From IMG/VR virus record IMGVR_UViG_2934319770_000001, positions 1,376-65,375 of that record: a stretch of 64,000 bases of DNA; one strand, written 5' to 3'. The notes under the pieces are model-generated. The model saw only the letters and a program-made list of their open reading frames with translations. It searched no databases and had not been told where the DNA came from. Each line of letters starts with the position of its first letter. Positions within the stretch are counted from its first letter, which is position 1. This document shows, piece by piece, positions 56,677-64,000 of this stretch. A program made the translations under genes and the position numbers. The DNA comes from a virus. Taxonomy: Duplodnaviria > Caudoviricetes.

Positions 56677-56903
56677 CGTCGTCCCCGATCTGCCAGCCGC
56701 AGCAGACCGGCGGTGATCGGCAGGGCGGGCCAGAGCACGGCGACCACGGCGAGCAGGAGACAGGCCCGGACCGGGTCGGTGACGAACGCGGCGTCGACTG
56801 AGGGTTCCGCCCGGCGGGCGGCGGGCACCGTCGCGACGATGAGGACGGTGCCCACAGCCCAGATGATCAGGACCGTGCCGGTGACGGCGGTGGTAGTCGT
56901 CAT
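56673..56903 (-). CDS. Small membrane protein
   Basis: Two TM segments; coupled. Confidence 0.5.
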   Translation of the reverse strand: MTTTTAVTGTVLIIWAVGTVLIVATVPAARRAEPSVDAAFVTDPVRACLLLAVVAVLWPALPITAGLLRLADRGRR

Positions 56904-57076
56904 GACGCCTCCCCACCCGGCACGGCGCCGGTGGCCCGGTGCCGGCCCGGCCGCCGCAGCACCCGGACGGCCCGGAGCACCGCGACGGCCAGGAGCGCGA
57001 CCAGGCAGGCGGCGGCCAGCAGCCACGCCACCGCGCCCGTCAGGACCAGCACGAGCAGGACCGGGGTGGAGGTCAC
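56900..57076 (-). CDS. Small membrane protein
   Basis: Long hydrophobic stretch; coupled. Confidence 0.45.
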   Translation of the reverse strand: MTSTPVLLVLVLTGAVAWLLAAACLVALLAVAVLRAVRVLRRPGRHRATGAVPGGEAS

Positions 57077-57360
57077 CGGGCCACCCCCTCGGCAGCGGGA
57101 CGGCGGTGGCCGCAGCCGACGCACCGGACGGTGTTCGCCTCGTCGTCGGCCTCGTGCGGGACGTGCGAGCGGCGACAGCCCGGGCAGTCCTCCCAGGCCA
57201 CCCGGAAGACGTCCGCCTGGTCGAAGCCGGCGTACGGCGGCGCGGGGGCGAGCCGGGCCCGGTGCCAACGGGCCCCCAGGGCGGCCAGACGGCCCTCGAC
57301 CGCCCACCACGCCGCCCCCAGTCCGGCCAGCGCCACGGCGGCCAGCAGGACGGCGTTCAC
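57073..57360 (-). CDS. TM plus Zn-ribbon protein
   Basis: CPGC..H..CVGC. Confidence 0.5.
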   Translation of the reverse strand: MNAVLLAAVALAGLGAAWWAVEGRLAALGARWHRARLAPAPPYAGFDQADVFRVAWEDCPGCRRSHVPHEADDEANTVRCVGCGHRRPAAEGVAR

Positions 57361-57475
57361 GACGCCACCCCCGGCTCCCGCTCCCGCTGGAACCGCTCGG
57401 CGGCCACCCGGAGCCTGTGCAGCGTCCGCCACCGGCCGCGCAGCCGCGCGACCGTGTCCTCGTACCGTCGTCGAC

Positions 57476-58507
57476 TCACCGGCATGACTCCCCCTCCTCA
57501 GCGGCGGCGTCCTCGACGAGCTCCGCCTCGACCGCCCCGTCCTCGTCCAACTCCGGGCCCGCCGTCCGACCGGCCGCATCAGCGGCCTCGGCGTTCTTCC
57601 GGGCCGCGATCTCCATCAGCGCCTTCGACAGCTCGTCCTTGCCGTCGCCGCGCACGTGTCCGGCGTCCCGCGCCGCCCGCCACACGTCCCGCACGTCGTC
57701 CGACGTCAGCGCGCCCTCCGCGTCGGCGAGGTAGTCCGGCCGGGCCGCCTCGATCGCCAGCGGCCCGGAGGCGCCCGACGGGTCCAGGGCGACGGCCGTC
57801 GGAAGCGGGCCGGTCAGCGCCTGCCGGGGCGTGATGCCCCGGATCTCCACCACGACGACCGGGAAGTGCTTCGTCAGACCGGCGGCAACCCGGCTGCGGG
57901 GCTCGATCCGCAGCGATACCGGGACCAGCCCCTTGCCGCCGGTGCCCGACAAGACCATGTCCACGGTCCCCGACCACTCGTTCGCGGCGTAGAAGCTGTG
58001 CGTTTCCGCCCGCCACACGCCGACGTCCGGCATGTCGGGGAGGATCACGTTCATGCGGGACGTCGTGGCGCAGACCTGGTCCTTGCGCCGGGAGTCGAGC
58101 CGGAGGAGGTGCCAGTCCTCGCCGTGCTCGGCCGAGCACAGGCATGGGCGCCGGGTGAGCTGTTCGGTCTGCCCGTCGCAGCGGCGCAGGCAACCGCCCT
58201 TGTTCCACATCTCGTTGTACTGGGACAGCGGATCGCCCTGGGGCAGGAGAGCATCAATGCGCTCCGCCTCGGTGATCACGCGGAACTGCGGTGCGCCGGC
58301 GCCCTGCGGCTGCCACTTCTCGATCTTGCCGCCCCACAGCTCGGCGGCGGCCTGCACGTAGTGCTCGGCGTGCGAGGTCACCACCCACGTACGGGACTTC
58401 ACGGGCCGCGGGCGCTTCTTCGGGTCCGGGTTCGGAACGCTCCATCCGGTGCGGAGGCGGCCGAGTTCGCGCGCCTGCCGCTGAAGGGTATGGATGCGGG
58501 AGCCCAT
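57476..58507 (-). CDS. Gp3-like (RDF-like) recombination protein
   Basis: TLQRQARELGRLRTG..RP.K..W..RRCDG..C..TSR..LPD..GVWR..THS..A.E. Confidence 0.7.
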   Translation of the reverse strand: MGSRIHTLQRQARELGRLRTGWSVPNPDPKKRPRPVKSRTWVVTSHAEHYVQAAAELWGGKIEKWQPQGAGAPQFRVITEAERIDALLPQGDPLSQYNEMWNKGGCLRRCDGQTEQLTRRPCLCSAEHGEDWHLLRLDSRRKDQVCATTSRMNVILPDMPDVGVWRAETHSFYAANEWSGTVDMVLSGTGGKGLVPVSLRIEPRSRVAAGLTKHFPVVVVEIRGITPRQALTGPLPTAVALDPSGASGPLAIEAARPDYLADAEGALTSDDVRDVWRAARDAGHVRGDGKDELSKALMEIAARKNAEAADAAGRTAGPELDEDGAVEAELVEDAAAEEGESCR

Positions 58508-58508
58508 G

Positions 58509-59339
58509 TCAGGCTGCCTTTCGCGTCGTCCGCGCGCCGGCCGTCGGCGGCAGGAGCGCGGGGTAGGAACGGTCAGTGGCGTGCAGCCACCTCGTCGTCT
58601 CCAGAGCGCCCCGGAAGGCGCGGTGGGCGGCCCGGCCGGCGGGCATCGGCACCAAGGCATGCGACCGACTACGAAGGTTGAGGACGCCGGTGCGCTCGAT
58701 GCGGGGCACCGGGCCGTCGGAGTCGTCCGGCAGCAGCACCGCCTCGGCGTAGCGCAGCGCGGCGAGCTGGAGCGCGTTCTCGGGGTACACCGACGACGCG
58801 GGCCGGGTGGCGGACGTCTTGTAGTCGATCAGCCACAGCTCCCGGCGCCGGCGCGGGCCGGTCGGCAGCCACAGCATGCAGTCCGCCGTGCCCGCGTAGC
58901 CGAGCCGCCGGTGCACCACCGTGATCTCCGCCGCGACGATGTCCAGGTCCAGGTCCACGCCCCAGCGCTGCCAGAACAGCGAGAGCTGCCGGGCGTACGG
59001 GTCGACCTCCGGGTCGTCCGAAAACGGCGCCTGGAGCGCCATCTTCTCCGCGCGGTCGTGAACCCGGGTGCCCAGGTCGGCTGCCCGGTCCCAGGCATCG
59101 ACGTGGACGCGCTTGATCTCCCGGAGCAACTGCTTGCGGTCCTTGACCGCCCGACGGGCGACCTCGATCCGCCGGTCCACACAGTGCTCCGCCGTCAGCT
59201 TCACCGCTGCCGGCACGAGCGCGTGCTTGGCAACGGCCGTCCCGAGGACGTTGGTGACGGAGACGAGGTCCGGGCCCCCGGCGGGGTCGGTGTAGTACCG
59301 ACCCCGCTCGGTGTCCCGGGCATGCCTGGGACTGGTCAC
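58509..59339 (-). CDS. PD-(D/E)XK exonuclease
   Basis: SVTNVL, GTRVH, E, YAGTAD, IDYKT, LQLAA. Confidence 0.85.
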   Translation of the reverse strand: MTSPRHARDTERGRYYTDPAGGPDLVSVTNVLGTAVAKHALVPAAVKLTAEHCVDRRIEVARRAVKDRKQLLREIKRVHVDAWDRAADLGTRVHDRAEKMALQAPFSDDPEVDPYARQLSLFWQRWGVDLDLDIVAAEITVVHRRLGYAGTADCMLWLPTGPRRRRELWLIDYKTSATRPASSVYPENALQLAALRYAEAVLLPDDSDGPVPRIERTGVLNLRSRSHALVPMPAGRAAHRAFRGALETTRWLHATDRSYPALLPPTAGARTTRKAA

Positions 59340-59575
59340 TGGTCACCGTCCTGCGCGCCGACGCCCATCGCCCGGTACCAGGCGGTGAACTCGACCGAGG
59401 ACATCCCCGACTCCAGGTCGTCCACGGCAGCCTGCATAGCCGTCGCAGCGGTCAGCGCCAGCGTCGCGTGGGCCTGAGCCAGCGCGGCCAGTACCGCCGC
59501 GTCCGAACTGTCCGTGTGCCGCATGGTCTGAGCGGCCAGCCGCTCTGCCTGCTGGTAGTGCTCCGGCCCGGTCAC
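59336..59575 (-). CDS. Small hypothetical protein
   Basis: TGPEHY..AERL..AQAHATLAL.AA. Confidence 0.6.
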   Translation of the reverse strand: MTGPEHYQQAERLAAQTMRHTDSSDAAVLAALAQAHATLALTAATAMQAAVDDLESGMSSVEFTAWYRAMGVGAQDGDQ

Positions 59576-59835
59576 AGGGTCTCCTCCTTCGTATTGATCG
59601 ACCGGACGTCGGCGAGCGCCTGGCCGTACCGGGCGCACCAGCCGGGGCAGTACCAGCGCGCCGGTTCCCGCGATCCCCGGACCGCGACCCGCGCCATCCC
59701 TGGGCGTTCGCTGCCCTTCGGCGCCAGGTCGCCGCACCCCGGCGTCGTGCACGCGCCCGGCTTCGGGGAGTCCGTCGGCGGCCGGGAGGCGCCGGTCCGG
59801 CCCCCGTTCCACACCAGAACCGTTTTGCGGGCCAT
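59572..59835 (-). CDS. Small Cys-containing protein
   Basis: CTTPGC..YCPGWC. Confidence 0.55.
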   Translation of the reverse strand: MARKTVLVWNGGRTGASRPPTDSPKPGACTTPGCGDLAPKGSERPGMARVAVRGSREPARWYCPGWCARYGQALADVRSINTKEETL

Positions 59836-60083
59836 CACGCCTTCACCACCTGCTTCGCGAGCGTGTAGAAGCGCCGGTCCGGGTCGTCGCTGCGCCGTAC
59901 CACCAGCCCTGCCCGAGCGAGGAGTTCGAGGTCCCGGCGGGCCGTCGCCTTCTTCGGGGCGGCGTGACCGTGGCGGCGATGCGCCGCCAGGACGCGGTGC
60001 GTCGTCCAGGCACCGCCCTGCCGCTGGACCGCCGCCCACAGGTCGGCGACGCGCGGGCAGAACGGCGGCGTGCTACTGGTCAC
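59835..60083 (-). CDS. Small winged-helix-like protein
   Basis: WTT.RV..TARRDLELLARAGL..RFY. Confidence 0.6.
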   Translation of the reverse strand: MTSSTPPFCPRVADLWAAVQRQGGAWTTHRVLAAHRRHGHAAPKKATARRDLELLARAGLVVRRSDDPDRRFYTLAKQVVKA

Positions 60084-60531
60084 GCGGACCACCGCCCTCC
60101 GGGTCGCCCACGTACCGGACGTACAGCCGCACGCCAGCGGAGACGGGATGGACCTTCGCCTCGTAGGATCCGGCCGGCCCGTACGCCCGGATCCTGGCGA
60201 CCTGCACCTGGTATGCGATGTCCGAGGCGGATTCCAGGCTGGTGAACAGGCCGACCATCCGCCACTGGCGCGGGATTGTCCGCAGTCTCTTCGCGGCCTT
60301 CACGTGGTCGCAGCGCTTCCGCTTGGGCGGGGTGAGGCTGTGCTCCCGCGCGACCTCGTCCTGGAACCGGTTCACGAGGTCCGCCGCGTCCAGCGGCGGC
60401 ATCCCGGCGGCGACCAGCGCGGTGTAGACCGTCCGCCGGGCCGTCGGCTGCTCGTCGGAGTCGGGGCCGGGACGGGTGATCTCGCCCTCTCGGGTGACCT
60501 CCCCGCCCCGGGGCTCAAAGGCGGCGCTCAC
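60073..60531 (-). CDS. Hypothetical protein
   Basis: LR..P.QW..Y.PAG.YEA..VRYVG. Confidence 0.6.
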   Translation of the reverse strand: MSAAFEPRGGEVTREGEITRPGPDSDEQPTARRTVYTALVAAGMPPLDAADLVNRFQDEVAREHSLTPPKRKRCDHVKAAKRLRTIPRQWRMVGLFTSLESASDIAYQVQVARIRAYGPAGSYEAKVHPVSAGVRLYVRYVGDPEGGGPRDQ

Positions 60532-60902
60532 GCGGCGGCCCCCCTCTCGGTACGCTGCTGCGGAATCGACACCACCGGCGCCGCCGCGCGGAGTTGATCA
60601 GCGAGACGGTCAACCGCCTGGCCGTACACGGGGATCTCGTAGCCGACCGCCGCCGCCAGCCGCTCAACCAGCAGCTCCTCCGGGGCGTGCCCGTCGTACT
60701 CCCCGGCGGACGCCCGGTCCTGCGCGATCTCCGTCAGCTCGTCCAGGAACTCGTCGGCGAGCGTCGTGATCACGAATTCGAGGTAGTGCTCCAGGTCCAG
60801 CAGCACCCCGCCCGGGGTCCGAGTGACGTGGATCCGCATCGGGCCGGTGACCGCCGGGGCGGCGTGGCGGCCGAGGAGACGGTTGAGAAGGCGACGGATC
60901 AC
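60528..60902 (-). CDS. Hypothetical protein
   Basis: Coupled ORF ending ERGAAA. Confidence 0.55.
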   Translation of the reverse strand: MIRRLLNRLLGRHAAPAVTGPMRIHVTRTPGGVLLDLEHYLEFVITTLADEFLDELTEIAQDRASAGEYDGHAPEELLVERLAAAVGYEIPVYGQAVDRLADQLRAAAPVVSIPQQRTERGAAA

Positions 60903-61294
60903 CGGGTCACCTTCCGCACCTCGACCGGCACCGCCGGGTCCGCCCAGTCGTGCTGCTGTGCGGCCAACAACCCTTCCATGAGCGCGGGGTCGTGCAGGTC
61001 CGCCGGGATGCTCACCGACACCTCGACGTGCACGTTCGGCCACGGGATGGAGATCAGGTACGAGCGCAGGTGGTCCCCGTTGTGCTCGTACGTGAAGCCC
61101 GGCCGGGCCACGCCGCCCAGCGCGCTCACGTAGGCGTGGACGGCGTCGAAGTTGCCGACCTCGGGGCCGTACACGTGCCCGCGAAGGCGGTCCCGGTCCA
61201 CCGACCAGATGGTCAGTGGCAGGTCGGGATAGTCGTCGGACAGTTGAGCCAGGGCGTGGGCCGCTCTGGACTGCGGGTTAGGCTGTGTGCTCAC
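60899..61294 (-). CDS. Hypothetical protein
   Basis: AAGGAGG RBS; ALAQL..YPDLP..W. Confidence 0.6.
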   Translation of the reverse strand: MSTQPNPQSRAAHALAQLSDDYPDLPLTIWSVDRDRLRGHVYGPEVGNFDAVHAYVSALGGVARPGFTYEHNGDHLRSYLISIPWPNVHVEVSVSIPADLHDPALMEGLLAAQQHDWADPAVPVEVRKVTR

Positions 61295-61371
61295 GGTGGA
61301 GCCTCCTTGGAATCGGAGAGGTGAAGCCGAGGGGTCGCTCCGCTGCTTGGCCGTTGCGGAGCGGCCCCAAT

Positions 61372-61587
61372 TCATTGGGATGAGGCGGCCTTTCGCAGGG
61401 ACTCCCATGCCGCTGTGCTGATCCGAGCGCCGAGTTGATCCGGCTCGGCCGCCCGAACGGTGGCGTCGATCACCGCCTGAAGGCGGGCGGCGCGCTCGCG
61501 TTCGGCCCGCACGATCTCCCGTGCCTGTTCCACCAGGGCGATCAGGTCGCGGCCGGCTTGACCACTTTGAGTGGTCACTTCGGGCAT
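61372..61587 (-). CDS. Small hypothetical protein
   Basis: MPEVTTQSGQ; operator in first codons. Confidence 0.55.
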   Translation of the reverse strand: MPEVTTQSGQAGRDLIALVEQAREIVRAERERAARLQAVIDATVRAAEPDQLGARISTAAWESLRKAASSQ

Positions 61588-61971
61588 GCGAGGCCCCCTT
61601 CGGTCAGTACTCGGAAAGGGCCGCCGAGCGCTGGCGCTCGATCCATTCGAGGTAGGACTCGATCGGGTAGCGAATGTGGCCGTTCTCCAGTTTCAGCCAG
61701 TCGGGGCCCTTTCTGCGGTACCTCCACTGGCCCAAGGTCCCCGTGGGAACCTTGATCAGTTTCGAAAGTTCCTTCGGCGTCATCATGACGGCGTTCTTCA
61801 GGTCGTCCGTGACCTGCGCGGCTATTGCCGCACGGTCCGACTGACCACTTTTGGTGGTCACCATGGGCATGGCTCTCCCCTGAGATCTGGGGGGCTTCCG
61901 GTCTGGCCGGTTGCCCCCTTGCCTCCTCTAGCTAACCACTGCCAAGGTCTGCTGACAACTAAAAGTTGTCA
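61559..61971. promoter_or_regulatory. Three palindromic operators TGACMAC-N5-GTKGTCA
   Basis: 61559-61577, 61842-61860 and 61953-61971. Confidence 0.75.
61604..61870 (-). CDS. Excisionase/Cro-like HTH (AlpA/HTH_17)
   Basis: MTPKELS..TL.QWR..GP..IRY..W. Confidence 0.82.
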   Translation of the reverse strand: MPMVTTKSGQSDRAAIAAQVTDDLKNAVMMTPKELSKLIKVPTGTLGQWRYRRKGPDWLKLENGHIRYPIESYLEWIERQRSAALSEY

Positions 61972-62064
61972 CGCGTTTCGATCTGTTACGCGCTCTGCGG
62001 GCCTAGGGGGCTCTTCGATGTCATCGACAGCATTCCGAGACGTTACGATCATCGCCCGGGTGTC

Positions 62065-62463
62065 ATGATGCAGGGAGCCAGTGTGGGACATCTGTCGCGA
62101 CTCCTGGAGGAGGAGCTGCAGAAGCGAAGGATCACCGAGCGCCAAGCCGCTGAACGCAGCGGCATGCCGTTCGAGTCCTTCCGGAAGATCCTCCGCGGCA
62201 GGACCGGCCGGCCGCGCGACAGGTCGCTGCGCCAGATCTCGGACGGTCTTGGCGTCCCCTTCGCGGTGCTGGCGCGCGAGCGGGCCCGGGATGCGGGCGA
62301 ACCGCTCATTGACGACATCAGCACCACGCGTGCGCTCGATATCGCCATCGCCAGAGTCGGTGACCTCCGTCCGGAGGAAGTCCCTGGTGTGCGGGCTCGC
62401 TTGGAGGAGCTGCTGCGCGCCATGCAGCAGGAGGAGCGCGACGAGGTGGACGAGACCGGATGA
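62065..62463 (+). CDS. XRE-family prophage repressor
   Basis: ITERQAAERSGM..RKILRG..P..LRQISDGLGV; divergent from excisionase. Confidence 0.8.
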   Translation: MMQGASVGHLSRLLEEELQKRRITERQAAERSGMPFESFRKILRGRTGRPRDRSLRQISDGLGVPFAVLARERARDAGEPLIDDISTTRALDIAIARVGDLRPEEVPGVRARLEELLRAMQQEERDEVDETG

Positions 62464-62587
62464 TTACCTTCCGGTAGAAAGTTCAACCGTCATATTCCTG
62501 TTCAGCCCTGTCATCCGTCGCGCTTTGGCGCGATACTGTCGCTCCTTGCACATGAGGTATCACTCCCTAGGCGAGTGATGCAGTGAG

Positions 62588-62818
62588 GTGCCGCCTATGC
62601 CTGCGCGTCGGGTCATCTGGGAAGACCTGCACCCGAGCATCGATGGAGCGATCATCCGTGATCGCGAAACCGGCGACTGGCTGATCATCGCGCCGACCGA
62701 GATACGCGACCTCGAACACCGCCGAGCCGTGGTCAACGCCCTCTTGGCCCAGCTCGATCAATGGGACGAGGAAGAAGCCAGGGCGCTCCGGCCCTATATT
62801 CACCGGCTGGCGGGATAA
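62588..62818 (+). CDS. Small hypothetical protein (possibly degenerate ImmA/IrrE-like)
   Basis: Lies between repressor and integrase; DGAII..WLII..RRAVV. Confidence 0.5.
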   Translation: MPPMPARRVIWEDLHPSIDGAIIRDRETGDWLIIAPTEIRDLEHRRAVVNALLAQLDQWDEEEARALRPYIHRLAG

Positions 62819-62821
62819 GGG

Positions 62822-64000
62822 ATGGGATACGTACACGACCTCTGGCATAAAAAAGGCCCCGACGGCAAACCGGTTCCAAGCAGCCGCTACGGCAAGGGCA
62901 AGCGCTGGCAAGCCCGCTACGAAGACCCCGACGGCGAGCCCCTGACCAAGGTCTTCACCAAGAAGGTCGACGCCGAAAAGCACCTCGTGAAGCAGCAGGC
63001 GGCCGTACTGTCCGGCGACTGGCTCGACCCCGAGGCAGGCAAGGTCACCTTCAAGGACTTCGCCTTCGACACCTGGCTGCCGGCGCAGGCCATCATCGGG
63101 CGGACGGAGAAGGAGTACCGTGGCGTCCTGGACCGGTACATGGTGCCCGAGTGGGGTAAGCGGCAGATGCGCACCATCAAGCCCTCGCAGGCCGGCGCCT
63201 GGCAGGCACTCCTGACCAGCAAGTACGAGCTCGGTGGCAGCACGCCGCACCGGGTCGCCCGCTATGCTCGCTCGATCTTCCGGCTCGCCGTCGTCGACCG
63301 GGTGATACGCATCAGCCCCTTCGACGGAATTAAGGCGCCCACCCTCGTCGAGTCCACGGTCGACCCGCCCGACATCGCGGAAGTCCGGCAGATCATCGAA
63401 CACGCATACAAAGACCTCTGGAGCGCTCTCTTCGAGGTCGACGCGCTCACCGGCCTGCGCTCTGGAGAGCTCCGCGGTATGCGCCTGGAGAAGATCGACT
63501 TCCTCCGCAAGCTCTATCGTGTCGACGAGCAGTTGGTGTACGAGGCCGGTCGGGGCCTGTACCTGGACAAGCTGAAGACGGGGTCCGGTAAACGCGTGCT
63601 CCCGCTCAACCAGCGAGCGGTCGACCTCCTTGCGGCCTACGTCGCGAAGAACCCGCCCCCCAAGAGCGGCGACTGGGAGGGGCTGATCTTCACGATGCCC
63701 GGCGGGAAGCCGATCGGCGAGAGCACGATCGACTGGGCGCTGAAGAACACCTGCCAGAAGGCGGGCCTGCGCGCCCGGCACATGCACGACTTCCGGCACC
63801 ACTACGCTTCGGTCCTCATCGCCGGCGGAGAGAATCCGAAGGTGGTTCAGAAGCGCCTTGGTCACAAGGACGTCATGACGACGCTGAGGATCTACTCGCA
63901 CCTCTTCGCCGAGGCCGAGGAGCAGACCCGCGATGTCCTCGACGCGGCCTGGGAGTTGGCGGGCGACAAGGGTCAGAAGCAGCTCTTGAAGATCACGTAA
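62822..64000 (+). CDS. int: Tyrosine integrase
   Basis: TGLRSGEL, K, HDFRH, LGH, Y (LRIYSHL); arm-binding RWQARY. Confidence 0.95.
   Translation: MGYVHDLWHKKGPDGKPVPSSRYGKGKRWQARYEDPDGEPLTKVFTKKVDAEKHLVKQQAAVLSGDWLDPEAGKVTFKDFAFDTWLPAQAIIGRTEKEYRGVLDRYMVPEWGKRQMRTIKPSQAGAWQALLTSKYELGGSTPHRVARYARSIFRLAVVDRVIRISPFDGIKAPTLVESTVDPPDIAEVRQIIEHAYKDLWSALFEVDALTGLRSGELRGMRLEKIDFLRKLYRVDEQLVYEAGRGLYLDKLKTGSGKRVLPLNQRAVDLLAAYVAKNPPPKSGDWEGLIFTMPGGKPIGESTIDWALKNTCQKAGLRARHMHDFRHHYASVLIAGGENPKVVQKRLGHKDVMTTLRIYSHLFAEAEEQTRDVLDAAWELAGDKGQKQLLKIT

Larger units (their letters stand above)
392..64000. mobile_element. Temperate Streptomyces-type siphovirus prophage (boundaries approximate; att sites not identified)
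   Basis: Integrase, repressor, replication, terminase, portal, capsid, tail, tape measure and lysis genes in canonical order. Confidence 0.93.

Noticed and set aside
58509-59339. Cas4 or CRISPR locus
   Set aside because: No repeat-spacer array or other cas genes were seen, and the protein is an ordinary phage exonuclease.

Overview
High-GC actinobacterial (Streptomyces-like) temperate siphoprophage that fills essentially the whole window. Reading right to left on the minus strand: tyrosine integrase, repressor and excisionase with palindromic operators (61.5-64 kb); an early and replication operon (exonuclease, Gp3-like protein, RuvC, C5 methyltransferase, WhiB, BRO antirepressor, lambda-O-like initiator with iterons, DnaC-like ATPase; 47.9-61.9 kb); an accessory zone (WYL, Pycsar-effector-like protein, repeat-flanked NucA/NucB DNase cassette, plasmid spread-like membrane genes; 35.9-47.8 kb); a packaging, head, tail and lysis operon (7.5-30.5 kb); and regulatory morons (0.4-7.4 kb). 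The most notable feature is a compact locus at 30.9-35.9 kb. It encodes a 44-aa putative precursor peptide, a JmjC/cupin oxygenase, an aldo-keto reductase and an APH-type kinase, divergent from an HTH/TPR-like regulator and a NUDIX hydrolase. This is a candidate phage-borne RiPP or peptide-signalling system. Other points of interest are a tRNA-like element upstream of the antirepressor, a terminase split at a GGGAAAA slippery heptamer inside Walker A, and a glycosyltransferase coupled to the capsid gene. All family calls come from visual motif recognition, not from database searches, and start codons are my best estimates.
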